A DNA stretch of 63,702 bases, filler included, from Psammoneis japonica (lineage: Eukaryota): NCBI GenBank assembly GCA_008632985.1. It is 4 parts of 4 records of this genome, joined end to end, with 100 filler letters (N's around TTAATTAATTAA, not from the genome) between each part and the next. Parts side by side here need not be neighbours in the genome. Positions count along the whole stretch, not along the records: positions 1 to 20,079 come from QPGO01000451.1; 3 more parts are not named here. One strand, written 5' to 3'. Below, piece by piece: positions 1 through 13,668 of this stretch (position 1 is its first letter; each line of letters starts with the position of its first letter). Made by a program: the position numbers and the translations under genes. The notes beneath the pieces are model-generated. The model made no database searches. It was not told the origin of the DNA and was given only the letters and a program-made list of their open reading frames with translations.

Positions 1-289
1 AGTTTCCCAAACCCATGAACTGAAAATGTGTCTTGCAGTCAAGGTTTCTTTGTTGCACAACAGCATGTGAACTGCAAGTGTTGGAAATCCCTTCATTTCT
101 TTTGCTGGTGCATGTTTGACATGACAGTCTTCTTCATCATGAAAACAAAACAAAACCAAAATTCTGTCTTTAAAGTGCTGCTGCGCTTCCGCCCCGCAAC
201 TCCGGCAACAAGCCAACCCACACCCCCAGCACACCAATGGCGCGGCAGGAACATGTGACAATTGGCCAAGATCGGCATTGTCCGCAGAC

Positions 290-3200
290 GATGCCGTGCC
301 AAAGCAACTGGCAATCGTTCGTGTGCCGCGTAGAGCAAGGCGCTTGGCCTCCTTCATGCTCGACTTGAACATTGGTTTCACCACAGCCAGCCAATTCCGA
401 AGACGATGGGTTGAATGTGTGAGGTGTTCATCAACCAAATCGAACAATTGAGCCCTGTCCTTCGCAAGACATTCATCTGATTTTGAACAAATGGCTCGGA
501 CTTCAGCTTCGGCGTCTCTCCGCTGGGAGGACTTCCCAGTTTCCGAATCGTGGCCGTGTGCAGCATCGTCATGAGAATCCCACAAAGCCCACCATTGCTC
601 CCAGACATGACTTCCGATTGTTGCTGCCCAATCTAAACGTCGTTCTTTGTCCGAAAGATCTTGATGCAATCCGCTAGATTACAGATGAGCTCGCTGAGTT
701 ACATTCCACTCACGGGAAAAACGCCCAGTGAAGAGATGTCGCCAACCAACAGCATCCTGAGATCAGAAAATGGCCAGTGCACTCCTGTGAAGACTGTCGG
801 AGCACATGATTTCCTCTCGAAACCACATCTCAATTGATGCAAGGATGAAATCACGGATGGAAGGTGAAGTGTTGATGTCATCGCACTTTTTCCGCAGGCC
901 TTGTAAGAACTGTCTACGCCAATCTTCATTGTGGGGACACCGCAGGATGTGATCTCGGTCCTCCTTTGGATGCTGGCAGTGAATGCAACAATCGGGCCGG
1001 GTCGGATTGTGCTGGTGGATGATTTTGTCAGTTGGAAGTAAATCTTGGACCAACTTGACTGTGCTCACCTTTCTTCTAATGTTTCGAGACATCAGTTTGG
1101 AATGTGCTGTCCAGTCAATGGACTCACACACCATGTCAGACCACCCATGCTTTTCTTTCATGCAACGAATGAGCGCAGGACTGGATGCCTCGCATCGAAG
1201 AGTGGGCTTGAAATTTGAACCAACTGTTGCGTCTTGAACAACCAAATTTCCCATGCAATGAGGAGTCCTGGGGGCTGCCAGTGTGTTCCCTGAGAGTGTC
1301 CGTGATAACGACCCGCCAACACATCAGCACGCACGTTTAACTTGGCTGGCAACGAAAGAGATTTGAGTGGTGCGACGTCGTCTTGATGTCCTTTCACCCA
1401 CTGGAAGTCAACTTGCATTCCGGAAGACCCAGCAACAGAAAAACTTGAGATCTCGTGAGTAGAATGGTGTGTTTCGTGTAGCAAATCCCATTCTGCCGAC
1501 AATGTGTTCGCGACATGGTGTCGTTGATGGTAATCGCGAGCTCGGTTTGATTCGTCAAGGTTGTCTGGCAGAGGTGGTGCAGCAGCAAACTCGGAAATGT
1601 GCTGAATCAAAGAAAAGTTGTTGCAATGAAGATCCAAGCCAAGAGGAAATGTTGTTTGACAATGCTCCATCATCCGAAAAATGAAACGCAACACAGATGA
1701 GACACCACGCGCCTCTGCCCGACAAGAAGCAGGACGAAAACCAAATGCAGGGCCATCGCAGTCTACCAGAATGGTTCCAGAAACTGTTAGAGACCATCCA
1801 AAGGTGCCACAAAATTCGATCACCGATCCATCACTGCCAACAGCACCACGTGATGATCGAAGGCATTCCGCTGTTTCGAATGTCGACTTGTGCAAAGTGA
1901 CATCTTCAAATGGTGAAGCTTCCCACTGAGGGAGAGACCGCAGCATCGTCAAGAAATCATTCGGCGGCACATTGACATCTGGAACCGTGACAGGAGACAC
2001 GGACGAAACTGGTTGCCACCTGCCATCTTCCACAGTGGTTGCGATTGCAGGGGCAGCTGATGGAGACAAATCCTGCAATGTTTCTAGCTCGGACACTGAA
2101 TCCGCTCGGTCATCTCGCATCGAGAAAACTTGAAAACCTGAGTCAGTGCAGATGTGCAAGTGTCGTTCGTCTGGTTCGTAGCATGCCGGATGCGTCATTC
2201 GCACATCCAAAGAAGAAACTGCCCACTGCCCCAATGGACCTTTGAGAGTTGTTGCATTTCCCACACACAACAGGGAACACAACCTCTTCCACTGCTTCCA
2301 TGCCCGAGCAGACGGGCGCTGTTGTTCGACTGGATTCAACCTCGAGACTCCGCCAACCAAGGATCGTTTGCCTTCCAACGCACATTGATCGATGGACCGA
2401 CCATCCGGCAGAGTCATGTCTGACACGGTGAGAACATTCAAATAAAGTCTGCAACAGTTTGCCCATCGGATCTCGCGATTTGTAAAGATGCCTGAATCCA
2501 AAACAACATCCACAATGCATTGATCGTTGTCTCTTTGTAAAGGCAGGACGCCGGCATCATCAAAATCAATGCAAGCATTCACTCTCACAAGAAAGGATCG
2601 CAAGGACATGAACCATTTTGATTCTGCGTGGGGAAGTGTCGAATGCACGTCGCGAAGGAAACTGACTCCGGCACCCAAATGAAACTGCACCCAAGATGCG
2701 GTGATGAGAGATGGAGCCTGAGGTTGTCCTGATCCTCGCCAGTGTCGTAAGAACTGCAACACTTGGGCAACACCTTGCTCCACATCTAACGAACGAAAGC
2801 CCCCTCCTCCCAGGGAGCATGGCCCGAATAAAACATCACGCTTCATGTTTCGATTATAACCACATTTAGCAACGATGACACAAACGGCCTTTCGTTGAAT
2901 TTCCAAAAATTCCTTGGGAGCAAAATGTGCATTTGGGAGAATGCATGTCATGGAAGACAAGCAGCAAGCAAAGCAGTGGGTCCATGCTTCATGTCGGTCG
3001 AGAGGACATGAACGGAGAAACATTGCAATGTCATCACTTTTCTTCTTGAGAGCTGAGAATTGCATCTTTTGGCTGCCAATCGGAGCTTTGAAATGTCCCA
3101 AGGTTTTGTGTGATGAGCATGCCGACAGCTGTTTGCTTCGTCGACTGGTGGTCCTGTCGGCGGAGGCAATCTCGATGATGAGTTCGTCATTGCAAGGCCG

Positions 3201-6060
3201 CAGGTGAGGTTCACCGTCGTCCGAAAACATCCATTCGACAGTGTGGAAAGAACATTTGGGCAGTTCCAGTTCGTGGCCTGCGGCACTCAACAGGTCGCAC
3301 CACAATTGGTTGTCCTCCTGCATTTTGAACGCAAGTTCAAGCATGCAAGGCTGAGGTGATGCTCGAAAATCATTGACTTGTTTAGATGTGTCATCCACGT
3401 GTCCTCGGTCAAACATTCTCATTGCCGTCGTTCTGTCCGGAGTTTCAAAGAAGGCGCCGTGAGCGTTGCGATCAAAAACATCAAAAAGACTGTCACATGT
3501 CTGGCTCCAATCAAATGGAGACCTGCCACTGCCTTGCCCCGTCCCGAGAATCGGCAACTCTTCAGAATGGGAATGTGAAGTCGGAGACAATCCGAGGACA
3601 GTTTTCAACCAACAACGTGCTTCATGCAGCGCAGTGTTGGCGACTTGGGTCACCTTCTTGGGCATGCCGTTACTTCGGTTTTGGACAGCAACCAAAGCCG
3701 GGATGTTCCTGTTGTGACACGAAGTGCAATCGTCGTCGCTGTTGACAGCCGACTTGCGCGACACCCGACTGGTCTCTAGCATCAGTTCCTCAAGATAAAC
3801 GGGAGTCTGGGCATTTTGGAAAGGACGAGTGCCGTAAATGCCGGGGTTGTGCAGCCTTCGATGTTCCATGTTTTGAGCCAGCGCTCTCCACTTTACACCT
3901 GTGATCAGCTGGAAATCGGCTTCATAGACATGAACAACATGCAGCCGGTGGATTTTGGTGTTGCCAGGCTCCTTGAAAATCACAACGTTGACTGTGTCCT
4001 TCCAATGGTCAAAAGAGCAACCCCATCGTAAGGCACAATTCAGAAGATTGAGGCGAATTTGGATCAAAGTTTGTTGAGTGCTGTCCAACAGAATCCGATC
4101 GGAGTCATCTTCTTGATCTGAAGCAGGAGCGTCCGTGTGTTGATGAGGCGCATGCATGGCTTTCCAGTGCCCCAGATGCAATCCAGAATGTGGGGAAGTC
4201 GAAGTTGACTCTTTCCAGCTTTTTATCTTGCCCTCTAATTCTGCCTCGGTCAAATGTTCCGACACCGCAACAGGGGATCGGCGTTTCAAATGAGCAACGA
4301 GTTGAGCTGCAGCGTCATTTAGAGAAGAAGTCTCGTAATCTCCGTCAAGCATGAGTTCCGCCACAACAGTGTCGCCTTTGAATCCAAGGTCTAAAGATGA
4401 GGGAGGAACAGTGGGAGGAGTGCCATGCGCCTGCCCAAAATGCTTCTGGCTCCGCACACGAAGAGCAGTTGCAATGTCTTCTGGAGCATCGAGTGTCATC
4501 CAATCATCACATTCCTTGGGATGTGTGTCAGGGTTCTGAGGAACTTGAACGCTGTCAATGCCAACATCCCGTTCAGCCTTGCACGATTTGATCTTCTTGA
4601 AAAGTCGGACCATCTCTTCTGCTTTTTGTACATTGTGAATGATTGAGGCTTGTTTTCTGGACTGTTTGGTTCCTTCCAAATCGAGAGCTGCCATTTTAGC
4701 TGCCATTTCTCGTTCACGATGCACGACACCATCCGCTCCGATCCTCTTACAATCAGTTTGAGCTTCTCGCAGGGCTGCTTGGCATTCTTGCAATGTCTCG
4801 GGAACAACAAAGGATCCTTTGAGTTCATCACGAATTCGTTGAATTTGGGCGACTCAATCGATCTTGGTGCGCATCATGGAAACCATGCGAGAGAAAATGT
4901 GAGTGCGGTGATGAAGGTCTGCCAACTCCACCGACCAATCGGGTTCGCGATGACGCCTGCAACGTTTGGCCGCCGCTGAGGAAAACTGCAACAGATCGCG
5001 ATCTAATCTCTCTGCCAGGTCGTGATTGGGTTCGCTGAGTGCCAAGAGCTGTGCAGATCTTTCCAAAACAGAGCAACTCTCCAGCATGGGACCAACAGCT
5101 TTCAAATGCACTGTTGCCTGAGGTTCAGATGATGCTTGGATATCTCGAAAACATGCTTTTGGAAGATCGACCGTTGGATTGCCAAACAATGCCATTGTGT
5201 CAAAGTCAACGTAGTGCGCTCGGTGATCGGAAGTGATGCGACACCCAAAGGCCTTCGCACCCTCCCAATCTGACAGCAGATGAAGCTCCCAGCAAAGCCA
5301 GAACAAAGTCAAGGCGTTTTGATCCACGGGCATGCGTGGAGAACTCAGTGTTTCCAATTATGTTGAAGAATGCATCGGACAAATTAAACCGTTGTGCCAA
5401 GCTCGCCAAAGAATCCGTGTCAAATTCGAAGTCCGTGTCAAAGTCGCCGAACAAGACCACTTCTCTGTTAGATTCAGCCGTGAACTCTTGGAGAATTTGA
5501 GACAAGTCTGTGCAAAAGGCCTTGCGTGGGTCCACCACTTTAGCTCCATTCTGTCGAAGGAGGCATTGTTGCTGGGCGAACGCGGCAGTTTTCCCTGGCT
5601 GGCGTTGGTTCTTGGCGCAAACTCTGCAACACGAAACGAACACAACTTGTCATCCATTGTGGCCGTCGAATGCTTGAACAGACCATTGCCCGAGGGGGTC
5701 GGAAAGTTGGGATCGGTGCCGTGCAGACACAGAATTGCATGACAAGAGAGCTGTTCCGCCAGGTTCATGTTGCGTCGAGAAAGGGGTGGCACTGGAGAAA
5801 AAAGTGCCTTGGCTGTGCAGCAGAGAGCCAGACACCGTGGACCTGCATGCTGAAAGAATGTCAAATTGGGTTGTGTCCAAACACACTTCCAATGTGCCAA
5901 CAATGTCGGCTTGGATTTCGTCAGCCACTTGGCAGCATTCGTTGACATCGCCACCGCGCTTGTCGAACTTGCACCCATTGGCATTGAATGTGTGTGAACG
6001 TGTGTGGTGTGACAACTTTGGGCAAAAGCCATCACCGACAGGTTCATTGGTTTTCAGACT
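290..6060 (-). pseudogene. pol: LINE ORF2: endonuclease, reverse transcriptase, RNase H, zinc knuckle; several frameshifts/stops
   Basis: Pieces 5650..6015, 5206..5643, 4854..5357, 1158..4793 and 763..1254. The C-terminus (GWRHLFTGRF...WWALW...HG) continues past an in-frame TGA to about 290. Confidence 0.85.
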
Positions 6061-6358
6061 CGAGAAATCGATGCGTCAATCAGCAGGCGGGAGATGATTT
6101 CGTCCATCTAAAAGGGATTGCCGTGCGGACACGGTCTCAGGAGAGGGGTCACCACTCATGATTGGGCCGTGCTCCTCCAAAGAGAAGACTGGGGCTTGTG
6201 GCGAGGAAGCAAATTGGAACCGCAATGGAGGGAGAAAGGTCGGTGCTTGCCAGTCCGTCGGAAAACCCGTGCAAGGGATGGTGAAGATGTGTTTTGATGA
6301 ATGTTGGGAGGGTGCCCAATGGTTTGTGGAGATGGGGGCAGCGAGATCCATCTCCTTG

Positions 6359-8075
6359 CTAAAAATCCGAATCTTTCCCATCGTTGCTGCGGTCGGGAGT
6401 TTGATTTTGGTTTTGCCATTTTCTCGTGGGACTAGCGGACGGGGCTGGCTGAGAGGCTTGGAGCAACTGGATGATCTCATTCATCTGATTCTGCATGCCT
6501 GAAAGTTTTTCTGAACATTGTGATTGCATGTTGTGCATTTCATTGGCATGTTCATCGTGTGGTTCACGCAGGGCCTTTTCATGACTAGATTGCATGAGGG
6601 TCACAGTGCGCTGAACCTCGGCCAATTGGACAGATGCAATCGATGAGCTCAATGATGATTGAGCAATCTGAGAATAAGAAGCCTGTGGAGACGCGATGCC
6701 AGGACAGCCGGTGCAACCAAAACTTGGAGTTTGGAAGGATGGAGGATTCGCAAACATCTGAGGAGGGATGGGGCGTGCAGCCAACTCACCATGACCTGAA
6801 ATCGCGGAGCGGTCATTGCCTCTTTAGGGGAAGGGTCAGGTGGGCGGGTGTTGCGAGGACCATCCACATTGGTCAAAGGAGACACGTCTGAAAAGGTGAG
6901 AGACTCCAGGCTGTGGATGCCAGCCAACATGATCGATTTGCTGGTGTCTGAAACTTCATCAAGAACACCGGAAACCTGAGGAAGGTCTTCGAACGGAGGG
7001 GTCGGATGAGCTTCTTTAGGCAGATTCGGAGTTTTGTTCAGAACACACGTTGAAATCTCAGCTCGGGCTTTTTGAATTGAGTTCGATGGACTGGGATGTT
7101 GTGTCTGCCAGTGGACAATGCGGAAGGGGAAGGGAAAATGTCAATTACGCCCTGAATTGCCTTGATGTGATTCTCCAAGCAGAACATCACATCCAGTGTC
7201 GTGTGCAGTGACGGCACGACGAAAGCATTGTTGTTGTGTCGGGCTTGTGTTTTAACTGCATTGTAGAATGCGAGCGGGGACACGCAGCTGGTTTTTGCCA
7301 CAAGAATGTGAGTCGGAAGTTTGTCAGATGCATGTGAGAGGGTTTTTGCTGCGGTGCGACAGTCCTCTTGTTGAACTTCCACCAAAAAGGTCACCGTGCA
7401 AATCGGAGCTGATGTTCTGTTGTCATCTGCTCGAACGGAAGTGGGAGCCAAGCGAAATTTCAGCATCTTGGTTTTAAAATCTCTGAGATCTTTGACAAAC
7501 AACTTCGTCGCAGCATCAATGGGAGTGTGTTTTGACGCAGTTGCAATAAAATGTGCTGGACTGGCCGTGTCAATGACAGATTCGTTCCAGCAATGACGCT
7601 TCAAACCCATGTTGTTTGTCTCCAAAATGTTTTGGATGTTGGGGTGGGAACAAATGTCACGCAGGGGTGCTTTTGCAAGAATGCGGCGACACAAACGATG
7701 AGTGACGGGACGGTTCTCGCCATTGCGAGTTGTCGAAATCTGGAAATGGCATTCGTGTTGGAGGGCAGAAATCCAGTCGGCGATGTTGACATTTGCAATC
7801 CTGGCATTGTTGTCATCCAATGCCTGAACTTCGTTGTTGAATGCAAACAGGATCTGACTGAGAACTTGGAGATGAGAGGTGACGAGGGCCATTGGCTTGC
7901 AAGTGGCTTCTGGACCACGAATGTCAAAACGAACAGTTGTCTCTTCGAACTGTCGTTCTTTCGATTTGGATGAAGGTTTGAGGGATGCTGGGTCGACAGT
8001 GGTGTCGTCAGCGGTGGTGTTGTCTTTGTTTGCAGCAGCGGCATTGCTGCCGGCAGTGGCGGAAGATGACGCCAT
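6359..8075 (-). pseudogene. LINE ORF1, frameshifted, with C-terminal coiled-coil-like segment
   Basis: ORF 7038..8075 plus fragment 6359..6784 (VQLAEVQRTVTLMQ...MQNQMNEIIQLLQ) lie directly upstream of the endonuclease. Confidence 0.6.
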
Positions 8076-9109
8076 GGTGATCGGTGTTTCTACGGGGAGC
8101 CTGGTGTTGAAAACACGCAGGTGAATTCAACACTGACAAACGCAGGAAAGCAGTCTTCTTCACCATGGCTTGCTCATGCATCAACTTGGGTCATTTTGTG
8201 TGGCATGTGATGTGCAGCCAGTGGCTCTGGTTTGCTCCTTGATGGTCTGAATGCTCTGCTCAACTTCCTCAACATGGTCCTTGGAATTTGCAGACACAAA
8301 GATTTGCACCATCTGCAACTTCCGTCAGCATGTCCTTGAACTCGGGATCACACTTGATGAAGTCAATCTTGAATGGGGGCATGTTGCAGTGCCAGTGAAT
8401 CATGTCCAAATCTTTGCAAATGTGCTCATGCTTCTTGGACTTCACCTCACACTTGATCTGCACTTGATCATCAATGGCACACAGCAGCTTGGCACTGCAC
8501 ACTTCCACAATGCCAATGCAGAGGGTTGCACCTTCTCTCTGCTGTTTGCAAATTTCAGGCTGTTGAGGTGACTCCTCTTGTGGGCATGGCATGCACACTT
8601 GGTCTTGCTCACAGGAATTGCTGGCTTGGTGCACATGCACACAGACTGATGTCACTGGCCTTGAACACCACAACTTGTTTGCAAGCCTTCCCATCCAGCA
8701 GACAGAGCTCATTCACTGCTCTGTTGTTGCGCACAATGCAGCACTTGCTCTTCACATCCTTTGGCCTCAGGATGTTTGCTGTCAACTTCTGCAACCCAAG
8801 CTTCACATCACCCCATCCTGGCACAGTGCAGTCTCTGTCCAAAGTGTCCACTCCTGAGCTGGTGGACAGATCAATCTGACTTGATGCCTGCATCAGTTTG
8901 GCTCAAACTCATCTGCAACCTTTCATTGATCTGCTCATCTGCTTGGAACCCATGCCATGGAACATTTCTCTTGCTCTTGCTGGAGCTGGCTGATTGGTTG
9001 TGTCTGCGGGTGTCAACACTGATGTTGTTGCTGCTCACTGATGAACAGTCTTTGTCTCTCATCTGTGTGCAACTCATGACATCAACATTTGCCCCTGTGC
9101 TTCATCCTC

Positions 9110-9720
9110 TTTGGAGAGCCCAGTCAGACAAAGGATGGTGTCAAACCCACTCTGTGGAACACTTTTCAAGAGATGCATCTGCTGTGAATCTGGCCTGCTG
9201 GAAAAGTGTTGCAAGGAGAATTGTCCTCCTCCCACATGGGCCATTCAGATGGGAACCTGCATTTGGAAATCTTGGTGGGAGCTGTGGGAAGAACAAAACC
9301 AGGAAGTGCATGGTCACAATGCAGGCACCAGAAAACCATCACAGTGTAAACAAGCCAAAGAGCTGAGCTCACAGCTGCACACAACAAATGCCAAGAGCAC
9401 CTTGCCAAGGACAGAGACTTGCTGTCAGACTCAGTGGAGGATCACATGTCTCACTCCAGCACCTTGCAGATTGTGAACTGGATCACCATGGCAAAATTGC
9501 ATGTTCAAAGAAAGCCTCAAGAAGGCAAAGTGCTCCATGCTTTGTGGCACTTGCTCTGCTGCCAGTCATTTTGGCAGGGTGTCACCAGCAGTGCCCATCC
9601 CGGCCAATCCCTGACAGCTTCTGCTGCACTTAACTGTGCACTGGAAGTGTGGGTTAGCCAGTGCTGGCCTGGCTGGCAAAGGAGTGGTGGCACTTAAAAT
9701 TTAGATTTGTTTTTTTTCAT
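9110..9720 (+). mobile_element. 3' fragment of a related LINE (ORF2 C-terminus + 3' UTR)
   Basis: WAIQMGTCIWKSWWELWEEQNQEVHGH aligns with the C-terminus of the LINE at 100-8150 (WAATIGSHVWEQWWALWDSHDDAAHGH). The 3' UTR motif ctggaagtgtgggtt is shared. Confidence 0.7.
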
Positions 9721-11429
9721 CTGTGTGTGACTCTGTCCCCTGGTGTCCAGTTTCCTGCCAGTTTTCTTGTGCCTGTCCTTCTACAAGAAGATCTTGTCCT
9801 TGTCCTTGCAGTCCAGGGACTGGTGGTTTGTTTTGCCACAACAGCAGAGGCCCACTGCAGCACCACCTTGGTTGCCACTCTGGGCATGACTTTGGTCTTG
9901 TGGGTTCTTGCACTTGTGATTGGTCCCGTCTCCATTCTTGTTGTTGGGGTGTTGTTCATTCTTCTTCTTGTTGTTGTGATGCTTGCAAGGGTCATTGTCC
10001 TTTGGACAGTTCAGCAGCACATCCATTGCCTTCTCAAGGTTCTTCAGGTGTGAGTCCCTTCCCAGGCTGCAATCTCTCACAATGCTCCACTTGAGGCTCT
10101 TGCAGAAGCAGTTGTTGCTGTTCTCCACACAGCCCATGTCTCAAATGCAGCTTCTTTCAGCTCTTTCTCCTGCATTGCGTCAGTGCAGTCCTTGTGCTCT
10201 TCTTGGTGTTCTTGATGAATCCATCTGTCATCCTGCTGTCAAGACAGTTGTTTGCAGCATCTTGTTGATTCTTAAATCTTGACAGGTGGTCATTCAGCAA
10301 CTCATGAACAATGGCACCCAGTGGTCAGCAGTCACACTTCTTGTGCAAAAAGACAATTGCTGCTCACATTTTCAGAACACAAAATGCAGCTCTCACTCAA
10401 CTCTGCTCTTTGTTGTCACAAATGGCATGCCAGCTGGCACACACCTGTGATCTGGACTCTGGCTGGAGAGAGTCAACAAAACCATGGGCATGGACACTTC
10501 AAACAAGACCTTCTCTCTCAACAGATTTGGAGTGGCCTCTAGATTCCATTTGGCTGGCAGGCAGAGTGGTGGCTGTGAGCACAAAAAACAAAAGCAGCGC
10601 CGCAGCAAGCCAGCAATGATGCTGACACTCATCATCCCACTGGCAGTGAAAAGAAGGCAACAAAATGTGTCTGCATGAGGGTGGGGGCTCCAAGTCCACT
10701 GAGGCAAGAAGGGAGATTGTCTTGACAGAGAATGAGCAACTCACTTGCCATGGGTTGGATGTTGAGAGAGGCATCAGCAGAAAACGGCAGCACAACATGG
10801 TGTGGCTCATGCCAGAAGTTGGTCAGTGAAAAATGAATTGTCAATGAAAAATGAATGAGTGCTGCATCCAAGCACTTTTGTGACACCGGGACCTGATGGA
10901 CCAAGAAATGAAGGCAATTTTTTCATTGTCAGCCATCAAGGAGAAAGAAATGGCATCAGACCTCCAGTGCTTCAGGCAGAGTTGGTGAGAAATGATGACA
11001 GATTTGATGTCATTCAACAGCTGTTAGACACAACAGGAAGGACAAAAAGAGTGGGGAGCCTGCCTCAGTGGCCCAAGTCCAAGCAAGATGACACTGGCAA
11101 CAAGTGCAGGAGTTGTTGGCACTTTGTTGTTTTTGGGCTTGTTCTTGTTGTGCCTGCAACTGTTCTGGGGTTCATGCTTGGCCAGAGCAAGACCAAGCCA
11201 CCTGCTCAGATCCTGGGTGTGAATCTAGAGTGGCTTTGGTGAGGATGTGTGCTTCTGCACTTCCAGTGTGCACACCACATTGGTCAACAGCACTGTTGCC
11301 ACATTTGTGGACAATGAATGACAACCTTGACCCTGAAACCATCATCATCTCTGAACCTGAGGGCAAAGAAATGTCTCACAAGGACAGCTGGATGGAAGGA
11401 GGCATGGATTGTGGGCCAAGTGTTGCTTT

Positions 11430-11630
11430 GAACCCAAAGGCCCACATGGATGGCTCATGGATCAAGCAACAAAGTGTGCTCTAAATTGGCAGGTCAGAGT
11501 GGGTGTGTTGGCATGTTGGTGTGACTCTGACTTTGCTGAGAACAGAGGACATCATGCTGCAGGCACCAACTGGAGTGCCTCCATCTTCTTGTGAGTGCTT
11601 TTAGCTGAACTGCCAGCTGCTTGGGTGCTC
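11430..11630 (+). pseudogene. Possible highly decayed LINE RNase H remnant
   Basis: HMDGSW followed, after a frameshift, by SAF-AEL resembles the DGS...SxxRAE RNase H motifs. Weak. Confidence 0.25.
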
Positions 11631-12892
11631 AGCATTGGGGGGGGGAAGATTTGCATCAGCGGAGCAGGTCATGGTCTGCCTGTGCAAAGAGAAGTGCTCT
11701 GGAGAAGAATGCACAGCAATTGGCAACACCAATGTTTTGACGCTGGAAGATTTCCCCAGCTGGGTTAATCAAAGACCAGAGGAGCACAGCCCAAGAGAAA
11801 AAGATGGGATGCTGTTGCCCGCTCTCCTTGTCACAGGAGCTTTTTTGTTCTTTCTCCTCTCAGCCTGTTGTTGCCACACTGATCAACTCATTGATGGCTT
11901 CTTGAATGCATTGACCTGACTCTGAAATGTTTCTCAAGTGACTTGCAGCACAGGTGCAGCCGCAGGAGGCTCACCGTGGCCAAAAGAGTGATTGGTGATG
12001 GGGAGGTGCAGAGTCAGAGCATCAGCAGGGAAGCAAGAAATGAGGCAGAAGAACAGAGTTGGTCCAGTGCTGAACTTGCTCTCTGCTGCTGGCTCTTGGT
12101 GCCTTTGTTTGCTTTTGCTTGAACTTCTAGAGCAGAGAATGGTGGCACTGTTGACAGAGAGGGAATGAGGAGGAGGTGCTGTGTGCATGAAGCATGAGTT
12201 CTTCCCGTGTGATCTTCTCCATGGGACAACACAACCTGAGCAGCATCAGTGTGTGCACAGCACCCGGAAAAGAGCCCCCCCTGCCAAAAAGCTCTTTAAG
12301 AAGGATTTTGTCTTGTGGCCTGCCAATGCCATGAGGTTCTCAGGAAGGATTCAGGGCCCCACACTGTGCTGCACATGTGCAATGGGATTGAACATGTTCC
12401 TCTTCTGATGCCAGAAATGGTGGCAATCATCATGATCTCATCTCACAAAACAAACCTGCTTCAAACACAAAAAGCAACAAACAAGAAACAACAACAATGA
12501 CCATCATTGCAAGCTCTCCTCTTGTTTTCAAGCATCTCAACCTTCTCCCTCATGGGGCCCGAGGTGGAGTGACTTGATTCTTTGTGCTTTTGCAAGGCAT
12601 CAATTTCACAGAAGAGCTCATCACAATGGACAACTGGCCCAAGGAGAAGCAGCAATTTGTTGAGTCAGGCAAAAATTTGTTGGGCACTGTCCCTGTTTTG
12701 TGCTCCAGTGGTGTTGCCCACCCCCAACACATCACAGCTTCTTGATGCTTGGCTTGCATTCACAAGGTCACCAGCTGAGATGACTTCAAAGATTGTGTTC
12801 AGGATCTGGTGGTGGCTGACAAGCATCAGGGCTTCTGTGACCATTGGGCAAAGGTGACCTTCAGTGGGACTGATGATGAGAAGGAAGAACAC

Positions 12893-13668
12893 AAGATGAC
12901 TCAGATCATCAAATGTCTGACCAAGTTCAACTCACTTTACAACTCATTCAAGATGGAAGAGCCATTTTTGAGTCACAGTGCAAAAACTGGTCAACCATTG
13001 TGGGGCACTGCCGCCATGTGTGGCCTCTTGTGCAACAACATCTTGACCAATTACATCACTGAAGAAGACTTGAAGGAATGCTCTCAGCTGTCATTGGTGA
13101 TGTACAAAGCACATGCAAAGATCCCTGCTGTGAAGGAATGGCTCAAACAGCTCAACTGAGCTGTCATTCCAGTTGGCAAAGCAGACAAAAGTCTCTTGAA
13201 AGTTTAAATGTGATGACAATGTCATGCAAATGTTTCAATGCACTTTGCAACTTGTTCAAGATGGATGAGGTTTTCCTGAGTCTCAGTGCGAAAATGCACA
13301 ATCCTGTGTGGGGAGACTCCACCGTGTGCGGCCTTTTGTGTGACAATGTGTTGACCAATCACTTCGTCAAAGACTGCTTGAAGGAATGGTCAAAGCTCTG
13401 TTGGTGGTGTGCAAAGCACATGCAAAGATTCCTGTGGTGAAGAAATGGCTCAAAAAGCTCAACTGAGCCCATGCCATTCAACAAGATGGGTGAGGTTTTC
13501 CTGAGTCTGTGGGGCGCAGCTGCCATGTGTGGCCTTTCATGCGATGATGTGTTCACCAAGCACTTCACTGAGGTGACTTGAAGGAATGGTCTCAGCTGTT
13601 GGTGGGACACAAAGCACATGCAAAGATTCCTGGGGTGAAAAAAAAAGGCTCAAACAGCTCAACTGAGC
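12893..13668 (+). repeat. Three degenerate tandem units (~190-270 bp) with coding-like character
   Basis: ttcaagatgga...gccatgtgtggcct...ttgaaggaatg...aaagcacatgcaaagat...ggctcaaacagctcaactgagc recurs, ending at about 13161, 13468 and 13668. Confidence 0.85.

Larger units (their letters stand above)
100..8150 (-). mobile_element. Non-LTR retrotransposon (LINE), Ambal-like architecture ORF1 + APE-RT-RNase H-CCHC; degenerate, ends approximate
   Basis: Minus-strand ORF1 (8075->~6360) is followed by APE motifs (FNANG..QADIVGTLE, VLFGDFD, GSKRLDFV, SDHRAHYVDF), RT (GTGQGSGRSP, GHVDD), RNase H (GSDGS, RAEARG, WVKGHQD, LNVRADVLA) and a CIHC..HILRC knuckle. Dinucleotide composition changes abruptly near 8150. 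Confidence 0.85.
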
